Positions 1-7,601 of a stretch of DNA of 64,000 nt are shown here, in pieces. The translations under genes and the position numbers were made by a program. The stretch lies in IMG/VR virus record IMGVR_UViG_3300044675_003084, positions 1,378 to 65,377 of that record; one strand, 5' to 3'. The DNA comes from a virus (taxonomy: Duplodnaviria; Heunggongvirae; Uroviricota; Caudoviricetes). Each line of letters opens with the position of its first letter. Within the stretch, counting starts at the first letter, position 1. The notes beneath the pieces were generated by a model. That model was not told where the DNA came from, searched no databases, and was given only the letters and a program-made list of their open reading frames with translations.

Positions 1-417
1 AATGAATCGACAATGTTTACTAAATGTTTCCATTAGATTTCTAAGGATTGCTTGAGCTTGAGGAGTCATATAATCAAACTCATCTAAGATAACAATTTTT
101 ATATCTTTAAACCCAATTGTAGATGCAAATGATTTTACTTTATTACGGACAGTATCCACATTGTTTTCATCAGATGCGTTTAGTATCATAAAATCACAAT
201 TGATTGAATTGACAATTAACTTTGCAAGTGTAGTTTTTCCTGTTCCCGCTTTACCAAACAAAAGTAAATGTGGGACATCACCACTTTCAATATAATCACG
301 AATCTTTTGTTTTAAATGGTCATTACCAACATAATCCTCTAATTTCTTAGGACGATATTTTTCAACCCAAAGTGTATTTGGGGTTTCTTCTTTTATATTT
401 TCTTCAAAAAATGCCAT
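1..417 (-). CDS. Clamp-loader ATPase subunit (RFC small subunit / T4 gp44-like), N-terminal part; gene runs off the window start
   Basis: Reverse-complement translation from the ATG at 415-417 reads MAFFEENIKEETPNTLWVEKYRPKKLEDYVGNDHLKQKIRDYIESGDVPHLLLFGKAGTGKTTLAKL... This carries the RFC-box 'WVEKYRP' and a Walker A motif 'GKAGTGKTT'. It is absent from the ORF track because it is incomplete. Confidence 0.7.
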   Translation of the reverse strand, partial: MAFFEENIKEETPNTLWVEKYRPKKLEDYVGNDHLKQKIRDYIESGDVPHLLLFGKAGTGKTTLAKLIVNSINCDFMILNASDENNVDTVRNKVKSFASTIGFKDIKIVILDEFDYMTPQAQAILRNLMETFSKHCRFI

Positions 418-437
418 ATTATTTATTTTATACTCTA

Positions 438-469
438 CAAAGATACGAAATATTTTTCAAATTACCAAA
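438..469 (-). promoter_or_regulatory. Class-1 (early/middle) promoter-like motif upstream of the clamp-loader gene
   Basis: Plus strand reads caaagatacgaaatatttttcaaattaccaaa. In gene orientation this is TTTGGTAATTTGAAAAATATTTCGTATCTTTG, i.e. TTTG-N20-TAtcTTTG, which matches the Bacteroidetes sigma-A -33/-7 consensus. Confidence 0.45.
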
Positions 470-517
470 CAAAAATGGGAGAATTTTTCTCCCATTAATG
501 TTTAGTTTAAGATGTTA

Positions 518-3500
518 TTATCGTCCAAAGATATAACGAATACCTAATTGTGCACTCCATACATCAAATACTGATGAATTGTACTGATAAGTATCTCTAG
601 CTAAAATGGTAGAACCATCTGCTAATCTTTGAGTTGCTAATTTATAAACCGGTTCACCTGCTGCATTAGTAGATGAGTAGTTTAGAATTGTTGGAATAGT
701 TGCTCTTTGAGAAACACCCCACTCATTATTCAATAAGTTACCAAAGTTTAAGATATCAGCTCTAATTTGAATTGTATTCTTTTTACCTTTAACTTTTACA
801 TAAATGTCTTGTACTACTGATAAATCTAATCTATTCAACATAGGAATAAATGAACCATTTCTTTCAGCGTATTGACCTTTGCGAGAAGATAAGTACTCAT
901 CTTGTCCGATGTAAGAATCAAATGCTGCTTGTTGTTCAGCTTCAGTATAAGTTCTTGTACCTACTACCAATGGTGCGAATTTGATATCAGAACCTTTGTT
1001 TGGTACGAAGATTAATTCATTGTTAGAAATACGGTCTCCGTTCATATCACCACCAATTGTGTAAGAGAATGGGTTACCCTGATTTCCAACATAACCTAAT
1101 GTGAATGAAGTTGCTCCACCAAATCCTTTACCATATTCTAATCTATATCCTAACAAACCAACTAAACGATTTGGAGATAAGAAATCTGAATTAGAAAGAG
1201 ATAAATCATTATTACCATTTACACTTCTTGCACCTGTCCAACTACCACTAGCAATTGAACCTGCACTCATATAATCTATTGCGGTTGATGTAGTCCAAGC
1301 GAATGAACCGAATATACCTCTTTGGTAAGGATATTCCAACTTCAATGTTAATGAATTAAATAATGCATCTGATGTATTTGTTAATACAATTGCATTTGAA
1401 ACATTATCATTTACCCTAACACCATTATCGTTTCCTGCGAATTTAGCTCGTTGGTCAACTCCTACGAATTTACCAGTTGGAACTTCTAAGTTTGCACTAT
1501 AATAATGAACTGCGTTTAAATTTTGATTTACAATATATTCAGCAGTACCAATGAAACCAAATGGTAACTTTTGGTCAATTGCGATATTTGATTTCCAAAC
1601 TTGAGGGAATTTATAATTTACATCCGTAAATGCTAAATCAAATGTTGAAGGTAATGTTGGAGTTGAAGGAATAAAGTATTTGTTAGGGTCTGCAGTGAAA
1701 CCATATTTGGTTGCTGCTGCACCACTTGCATCAATATATCCTGTCAATACACCATTGTTACCCACTTGATTAGAGATAAACACATATGGAGGTCTGCCGG
1801 TAAAGATACCACTACCACCTCTTAATTGAGTCTTTCCATTACTGAATACATCGTGGTTAAATCCGAAACGAGGTTCGAATAAAGTTTGTGTTGATGGTAA
1901 TTTACCAGTATTAAATTTCTCTCCATTAGCAAATACCATTGCAGATACTGCTGGATTTTCTAACGCAGTTTGTTCGAATGAAATAACTGCTGCTCTTAAA
2001 CCAAAAGTGAACTTTAAGTTTTCAGTTGCTTGGAATTCATCTTGTGCATAAACATCCAATCTATCAGTTTTCAAAGTCTGCATTGGTTCAATTGCTCCCG
2101 GTAATGCCGAATAACGGAATTGGAAACGAGATGGAACTAATGTAGAAGGTGCACCACCATTTGCTAATGATTGATTAGCTGCGGTGTAGAAATCTGCTAA
2201 ACTATTGAAGATGTAAACACCATTAGATGCAGGGAAGAATAAGTTATTAGATTGATATTTCTCATAGTTGAAACCAAATGTCAAAGTGTGTTTATTTGCA
2301 TACTTTGTTAAGTTGTTTGTAATATGGAAAGTGTTATAATCTAACTTATTTCCTGGAGTGAAAGGGTCGAACCCTACCGATGTAAGAGTTGTTGCTCCTT
2401 CTTTAATATCAATCGTTGGGAACATTTGAGAACGATATGCTCTATCCTCAATTTGTTTATCATATCCAACAATTAAGTTGTTATGTAAAGTGTTTGATAA
2501 TTTAGAGTTCAATTCCAATACATAAGAACGAGTATTATCCATAATAATGTAACCACTATTTTGAAAACTCATTGCTAATGCTGATTGTGTTCTATTACCA
2601 AATCCTGCTGAAGTTGAGTTTGAAACGTTAATCTCTGCTTCAGAATCGTGGTGTACATAACGAGCCGTTAATTTATGTTTATCATTAATGTTCCAATCCA
2701 TACGAACCAAAAATTTGTTTGATTTGTTTGCGTTAGAATATCCTTCAAACGGGCCAGTTGTATAATTAAACTTATCTTGCATAAATTTAGATAAGTCCGA
2801 TAATTGTGTATAAGTTGGTCTACTGATTTGTGTACCCGTTGCAATTGGAGAACCAGTTGAAAACCATGTTGTACCCGGTTCAGTTCTTTCAATTGATTCG
2901 TAGTTACCAAAGATAAATAATTTGTTCTTAATGATTGGTGCACCTAAACGGAAACCTTGTACCTTCTCATCAAATTTAGATGCAGTTACTTTTGTTCCTC
3001 TAGCATTATCACCTACATATGTAGAACTATTATCTCTTTGTGTTTGATATACCGAACCTTCGATTTCATTTGTACCACTTCTTGTTACTGCGTTGATACC
3101 TGCACCGGTGAATCCACTTTGACGGATATCAAATGGGGCAATGTTAACTTGTAATTGCTCAATCGCATCTAAAGAGATTGCTGATGCTCCAGTTCTACCA
3201 CCTGCCTGTGCAGATGAGCCTAATCCGAATCCATTATTGAATTGAGAACCATCGATTGTAAAGTTATTCAAACGAGAATCTTGTGCTCCGAATGAGTTTC
3301 CGTTTCCGTTTGGATTGTACTTTGTAATACCATCAATTGTTCTTGCTCCCGTAATAGGAATATTTTGTAAATCTCTACGAGTAAATTGTTGAGATGCACC
3401 GGTTCTTTCTCTTGAAATAATATTATTTCTAGTAGAAAGTACAACAACCTCTTTTAAAATTTGATTTTCATCAATTAAAATAAAGTCTACATTTGATGTT

Positions 3501-3793
3501 ACACCTAATTGAGTGTTTACATCTTTCTCTTCACCTTTCTTAAATCCAATAAATGAAGCATGGATTGTGTATGGACCACCTACTCTTACTGCAGGTAATA
3601 CATAAACACCATTTTTGTTTGTAATCGAATGGTACTGAGTACCGGTTGGTGTGTGAGTAGCGTGAATTGCTGCACCTACTAACACTTCTTGCTTTTCATT
3701 CTTTACAACACCTGAAATAGTTGATGTGGTAACTTGACCAAATCCTACTAATGCAGATACTGAAAGGAGAAGCGATAAAATCACTTTTTTCAT
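518..3793 (-). CDS. TonB-dependent outer-membrane receptor-like protein (SusC/RagA-type), 1091 aa with signal peptide
   Basis: N-terminal signal peptide MKKVILSLLLSVSALVGFGQ. A carboxypeptidase-regulatory-like domain (ISGVVKNEKQEVLVGAAIHATHTPTGTQYHSITNKNGVYVL...) is followed by plug-like and long Gly/Asn/Tyr-rich beta-barrel sequence. The size is typical of Bacteroidetes TonB-dependent transporters. C-terminus is ...LGIRYIFGR. Confidence 0.6.
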   Translation of the reverse strand: MKKVILSLLLSVSALVGFGQVTTSTISGVVKNEKQEVLVGAAIHATHTPTGTQYHSITNKNGVYVLPAVRVGGPYTIHASFIGFKKGEEKDVNTQLGVTSNVDFILIDENQILKEVVVLSTRNNIISRERTGASQQFTRRDLQNIPITGARTIDGITKYNPNGNGNSFGAQDSRLNNFTIDGSQFNNGFGLGSSAQAGGRTGASAISLDAIEQLQVNIAPFDIRQSGFTGAGINAVTRSGTNEIEGSVYQTQRDNSSTYVGDNARGTKVTASKFDEKVQGFRLGAPIIKNKLFIFGNYESIERTEPGTTWFSTGSPIATGTQISRPTYTQLSDLSKFMQDKFNYTTGPFEGYSNANKSNKFLVRMDWNINDKHKLTARYVHHDSEAEINVSNSTSAGFGNRTQSALAMSFQNSGYIIMDNTRSYVLELNSKLSNTLHNNLIVGYDKQIEDRAYRSQMFPTIDIKEGATTLTSVGFDPFTPGNKLDYNTFHITNNLTKYANKHTLTFGFNYEKYQSNNLFFPASNGVYIFNSLADFYTAANQSLANGGAPSTLVPSRFQFRYSALPGAIEPMQTLKTDRLDVYAQDEFQATENLKFTFGLRAAVISFEQTALENPAVSAMVFANGEKFNTGKLPSTQTLFEPRFGFNHDVFSNGKTQLRGGSGIFTGRPPYVFISNQVGNNGVLTGYIDASGAAATKYGFTADPNKYFIPSTPTLPSTFDLAFTDVNYKFPQVWKSNIAIDQKLPFGFIGTAEYIVNQNLNAVHYYSANLEVPTGKFVGVDQRAKFAGNDNGVRVNDNVSNAIVLTNTSDALFNSLTLKLEYPYQRGIFGSFAWTTSTAIDYMSAGSIASGSWTGARSVNGNNDLSLSNSDFLSPNRLVGLLGYRLEYGKGFGGATSFTLGYVGNQGNPFSYTIGGDMNGDRISNNELIFVPNKGSDIKFAPLVVGTRTYTEAEQQAAFDSYIGQDEYLSSRKGQYAERNGSFIPMLNRLDLSVVQDIYVKVKGKKNTIQIRADILNFGNLLNNEWGVSQRATIPTILNYSSTNAAGEPVYKLATQRLADGSTILARDTYQYNSSVFDVWSAQLGIRYIFGR

Positions 3794-3930
3794 ACTTGTT
3801 TTGTTGTTTTAGTTAAAAAATAAATATTTGAGATTTACAACCCATTAGGTTGATTCGGTAATCGAATATTGTTATTATGATTTGATTTGATTTTCAAATC
3901 CTTCACTATCTATATTTTATATTAAATAAA

Positions 3931-4614
3931 TTATTTATTATATACAACAAATGTTGTTATTGCATATCTACCAATTCCACCTATTACTTTATTGACTTGA
4001 TGTTCAACATTTTTACCATTTTCTTTTAATGATATAACTACCACATTACCAAATATTGGTAATATCTCTTCAGTATTATCTAATTTTAAAACACCACCAT
4101 TATTTATATCATAAGTTTCATTTAAATAAATCATAATAGCACAAACTCTATTTAAATTATTTCCGTCTTTATGATTTACTATTTGACAACCATAATCAAA
4201 AAATGTTATATCGTTAACGAGTGATTGTAACTTAATAGACTCATCTATTGAGAATATTTTTTTACTAATATCGTATTTAATTTTTTGTATAGTGTTTCCA
4301 AATGGTAAATTATGATATTCGGCACGATACCAATTTTGAAAAGGTTGACCCTTTATTAATTTTAACTTTGTTAACATTGCCTTTTGAGCATCTTCAAATG
4401 AAGGATATCCTACACTATTTTCGTTTATCTTTGATTCATCGGGGTTATATGAACTTCCATCCAATCTAATCCCCGTCATTAAATGTTTTAAATTATTAAT
4501 TTCATTACATTTAAGGGGCAATAATTCATTATAATACTCTTCATTAAAATCTTTAAGATTAAATTGAGTATATCCTTTTATTTCTATATCTGATTGAAGT
4601 TTGTTAAATTGCAT
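3931..4614 (-). CDS. 2OG-Fe(II) oxygenase superfamily protein (prolyl-hydroxylase-like fold)
   Basis: HxD motif (NHKDG), hydrophobic core strand (RVCAIMIYLN...GGVLKL), distal His (NVEHQVNKV) and 2OG-binding Arg (GRYAITTFV) occur in canonical order. Confidence 0.5.
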   Translation of the reverse strand: MQFNKLQSDIEIKGYTQFNLKDFNEEYYNELLPLKCNEINNLKHLMTGIRLDGSSYNPDESKINENSVGYPSFEDAQKAMLTKLKLIKGQPFQNWYRAEYHNLPFGNTIQKIKYDISKKIFSIDESIKLQSLVNDITFFDYGCQIVNHKDGNNLNRVCAIMIYLNETYDINNGGVLKLDNTEEILPIFGNVVVISLKENGKNVEHQVNKVIGGIGRYAITTFVVYNK

Positions 4615-5146
4615 CGGTATTATATTTTGCTAATTCTTCCGGTGTTGCAAATGGTAGGGGTGGTTGTTCAGCCCAAAATTGTTTTTCCAAATCATCTAAT
4701 GATTCGCCTAATGATTGATTTATATTTTGTATAGTTGGAGAATTTGGGCCGTGTTCCGGTTTCCATGTTGAATTAGTATAACTCATTGTACTCCCACTTG
4801 GATACCCATATGCAGTTGATGTACTTCCAAATCCAAATGGTGGATTAGCTATTGTAATAGAACCACCACCAGGTGTTGTTGTTATTGTTGTACCATTTGT
4901 ATCCGGTTGTTGGCAAGTTATTTTATATGGATTATACGGGTCTACATAATGTGGATGTTGCCAAGTAGGGAACGGGTGTGTATTTGGTGCAGTATTCGGA
5001 ACTCCAAATGGAAATCCTATTGGTTCTTCATCTTTAACCTCTGCCAATTTATCTTTTAACAAATCCCATTGTTTTGGAGTGATATTAAATTCATGTACTC
5101 CCTCTGTGAATCCTTTTAACCAAAGGACAAATTCTTTTGATGTCAT
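4604..5146 (-). CDS. Hypothetical protein, Pro/Gly/Thr-rich central region
   Basis: Complete ORF with a 4-codon overlap to the downstream gene. No recognisable motifs. Confidence 0.3.
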   Translation of the reverse strand: MTSKEFVLWLKGFTEGVHEFNITPKQWDLLKDKLAEVKDEEPIGFPFGVPNTAPNTHPFPTWQHPHYVDPYNPYKITCQQPDTNGTTITTTPGGGSITIANPPFGFGSTSTAYGYPSGSTMSYTNSTWKPEHGPNSPTIQNINQSLGESLDDLEKQFWAEQPPLPFATPEELAKYNTDAI

Positions 5147-5174
5147 TATGTATAAATATTAAAATTTATAAAAA

Positions 5175-6809
5175 TTATGGTTTATAAAATACAAAAATGG
5201 GTTCAAACTTATAAGCTTTACCATCGTGTTTAACTGCGTTCTTAATACCGGTTTTAGATGGGTCTAATCCTACCATTCGGGTCATTAACATCTTCAATCT
5301 ACCTTTATACTCACATCCCAATTCGGTTAGAATATCAATAGAATCTTGTTCCAATGCATAGTAGGTATCCTTACCAATTTTAATATCGGCAATATTCCAT
5401 AGAATGTATCTATCATTTTTAAGATACTCATAAATGGTAGTTAGGGTAGGACGTAAGAAGTTTTGTCTCCAATCCTCATACTCACCATATGCTTTGAATG
5501 ATTGATTCTCATCTTGTGAATATTGTTCTCTATTAAAATATGGGGGTGACGTGAATGCTAAATCCAATTTACCTGCATACTTTTGAAACTTAGGATTATG
5601 TTGAATCAACTCCGAACCATCTTGAAATAACTCGTAAGTGTTTGATTGTTTTTGAACCTCAAAGAATTTACCAAATGTTTCTGAATAATCATCTACACAA
5701 TTTTTGTTGTAGAAATCAGCAACATACTCATAACGAGAGATACCTAATTCCGGTATAAAGTTATCAGGGTTCGGGTCAGTTCCAATGTAATGGGTTTTCT
5801 TACGAGAACTCATTGCACCTAATATTCTGCCACCCCATCCACTTGATGAATCATAAATGTGTAGGGGGTCTGGTTGTTCAATATGTGAAGTGTAATGTTC
5901 GTATAACCACTTAGCGGTTAGTGCAGGAAAATTCACTGCAGGTTGACCACAACTTAAACGAAACACTTGTAATATCTTTGGAAAGATACCAATTGTTTTA
6001 TCGTACCAACGAATCAGATAGAAAAACTTTTTAACCGTCCCATCTTTTAAAGTGGTAGATGGTTCAATAGTTTTAATATTAGATAATTGAGTATGTGATA
6101 ACCATCCCTTATCCTTACATTCTTGTACTTGTTCAGCAGTTAGGTATAGATTACCAAATCCAATATATTGTTCATTGATAGTACCATAATTATCTAAGGT
6201 ATCCTCCTTTACTTTCGCAAGAACAATACCTATGTTTTCGTACTTACCAACGAACACTTTACCTTCATGTACTTTTTGTATAAATTCAATTCCAGTTTCA
6301 CCATCCCAAAATTCATTCTCATCTTTCTTATTCACAATAGAACGTGACCACGAATACATAGAATCTTTCTTAACCGCACGTTTCATTATATGAACGAAGG
6401 TATCTTCTAATTTCGGGTCTGAGAAATGGTCATAAATAGATAATCCACCTTCTGCTGATTTACCGATTGATATTTTGGTTTTCAACATAGTTGGAAAGAA
6501 TTGATTTACGGCTGATGCATCTTTATTGAAGTTTTGTAAAATACCCAATGAGTTATCATCTCCCGTCAAATCTTTTTGAAGGAAATCACAATCATTTGTT
6601 TTTAACTTTTTGAATGAATCGATTATATCATTCTTATCTTTTCCGATAACAGGAGGAACACCATCGGTATCCCATTGTTTAGTTACTTCTATGCGTAGTA
6701 ACTTTGCCCAACTAATAAACTCATCATCAGTCATTTCTAATAACCGATGATAAGTTGTATTGGATTGGAATTCAGAAAATTTAGACCTTTCGTAATAGTG
6801 TTTAGTCAT
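5175..6809 (-). CDS. DNA methyltransferase-like protein (N6A/N4C class, SPPY motif), 544 aa; paralog of 14870..16102
   Basis: Motif I-like 'YDSSSGWGGRILG' and motif IV 'FTSPPYFNREQY...', with 'ILWNIAD' downstream. The catalytic region is closely similar to the ORF at 14870..16102. Confidence 0.5.
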   Translation of the reverse strand: MTKHYYERSKFSEFQSNTTYHRLLEMTDDEFISWAKLLRIEVTKQWDTDGVPPVIGKDKNDIIDSFKKLKTNDCDFLQKDLTGDDNSLGILQNFNKDASAVNQFFPTMLKTKISIGKSAEGGLSIYDHFSDPKLEDTFVHIMKRAVKKDSMYSWSRSIVNKKDENEFWDGETGIEFIQKVHEGKVFVGKYENIGIVLAKVKEDTLDNYGTINEQYIGFGNLYLTAEQVQECKDKGWLSHTQLSNIKTIEPSTTLKDGTVKKFFYLIRWYDKTIGIFPKILQVFRLSCGQPAVNFPALTAKWLYEHYTSHIEQPDPLHIYDSSSGWGGRILGAMSSRKKTHYIGTDPNPDNFIPELGISRYEYVADFYNKNCVDDYSETFGKFFEVQKQSNTYELFQDGSELIQHNPKFQKYAGKLDLAFTSPPYFNREQYSQDENQSFKAYGEYEDWRQNFLRPTLTTIYEYLKNDRYILWNIADIKIGKDTYYALEQDSIDILTELGCEYKGRLKMLMTRMVGLDPSKTGIKNAVKHDGKAYKFEPIFVFYKP

Positions 6810-6812
6810 ATA

Positions 6813-7526
6813 TTAGTTAGCGATTTCCACTAAATAGTAATCGGATGTATAGGCATCCACTTCAAAATGAATATGAGATAACCCTTGTGATGAAATTTCT
6901 AAGATAGCATCTTTAGCTTCTTTGTTTGCAACTAAGATTTCTTTTAAGTAAGTTGCTGAGAATGAGATTGGGTTAATACTACCTTCACACTCACAATCCA
7001 CATCAATAGAAATTCTATTAGTGTTAATGTTTGAATGACCTAAGATAATTTGACACTTACCATCTTTTGCAACAAATGTGAAATTGTTCTCATCTGTCAA
7101 CGCCGATTTAGCACGGATGAACTTTGTAATAAAGTTTTCGTCTAACTTAATTTTAATGTTGAAAGTTGGTAATTGTTTCAAATCAGGTACATTTGGGATA
7201 ACCGAAAGGTCAGCCAACATATAATTGATTGAAGTTGAACCATCTTTAAACTTTAATGATACCGCTTTACCATCTACGTCAGAGATTTCAAAATCAATTG
7301 ATTCTCCTAATACTGATAACATTTTAGTCAACTTAGATGTATCATATACACCAAATGTTGTATCACTATGACCAAAATCTGTCATTGTTACTTTACCCAA
7401 TACTGATTTATCATCAGAGATGAATGCAGTTGTTAATGAGTTGTCTTTTGTTTCCCACTTTACAGATTCTACTAAACCTGCAAGATTGTACTTTTGTACG
7501 AAACGCCCTAATTTACCTTTTTCCAT
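6813..7526 (-). CDS. Putative sliding clamp (gp45-like processivity factor)
   Basis: 237 aa, comparable to the T4 gp45 size class. It lies immediately downstream of the family-B polymerase and near the clamp-loader gene. The assignment rests on context and size only. Confidence 0.4.
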   Translation of the reverse strand: MEKGKLGRFVQKYNLAGLVESVKWETKDNSLTTAFISDDKSVLGKVTMTDFGHSDTTFGVYDTSKLTKMLSVLGESIDFEISDVDGKAVSLKFKDGSTSINYMLADLSVIPNVPDLKQLPTFNIKIKLDENFITKFIRAKSALTDENNFTFVAKDGKCQIILGHSNINTNRISIDVDCECEGSINPISFSATYLKEILVANKEAKDAILEISSQGLSHIHFEVDAYTSDYYLVEIAN

Positions 7527-7564
7527 TGTTGTTTTTTTTTATTGTTTTAATTTATTGTAATTAC

Positions 7565-7597
7565 AAAGATACGAATAATTTTTGAATTATCCAAATT
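7565..7597 (-). promoter_or_regulatory. Class-1 promoter-like motif upstream of the sliding-clamp gene
   Basis: caaagatacgaataatttttgaattatccaaat. Gene orientation ATTTGGATAATTCAAAAATTATTCGTATCTTTG. Confidence 0.45.
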
Positions 7598-7601
7598 TAT
7601 T

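Noticed and set aside
420-3930. TonB receptor region as host chromosome flank (prophage boundary)
   Set aside because: Phage replication genes with the same phage promoter motif lie on both sides (clamp loader at 1-417, clamp and polymerase from 6813), on the same strand and with the same composition. No integrase, tRNA or att-like repeat is visible. It is still flagged as a finding because assembly chimerism cannot be excluded from sequence alone.
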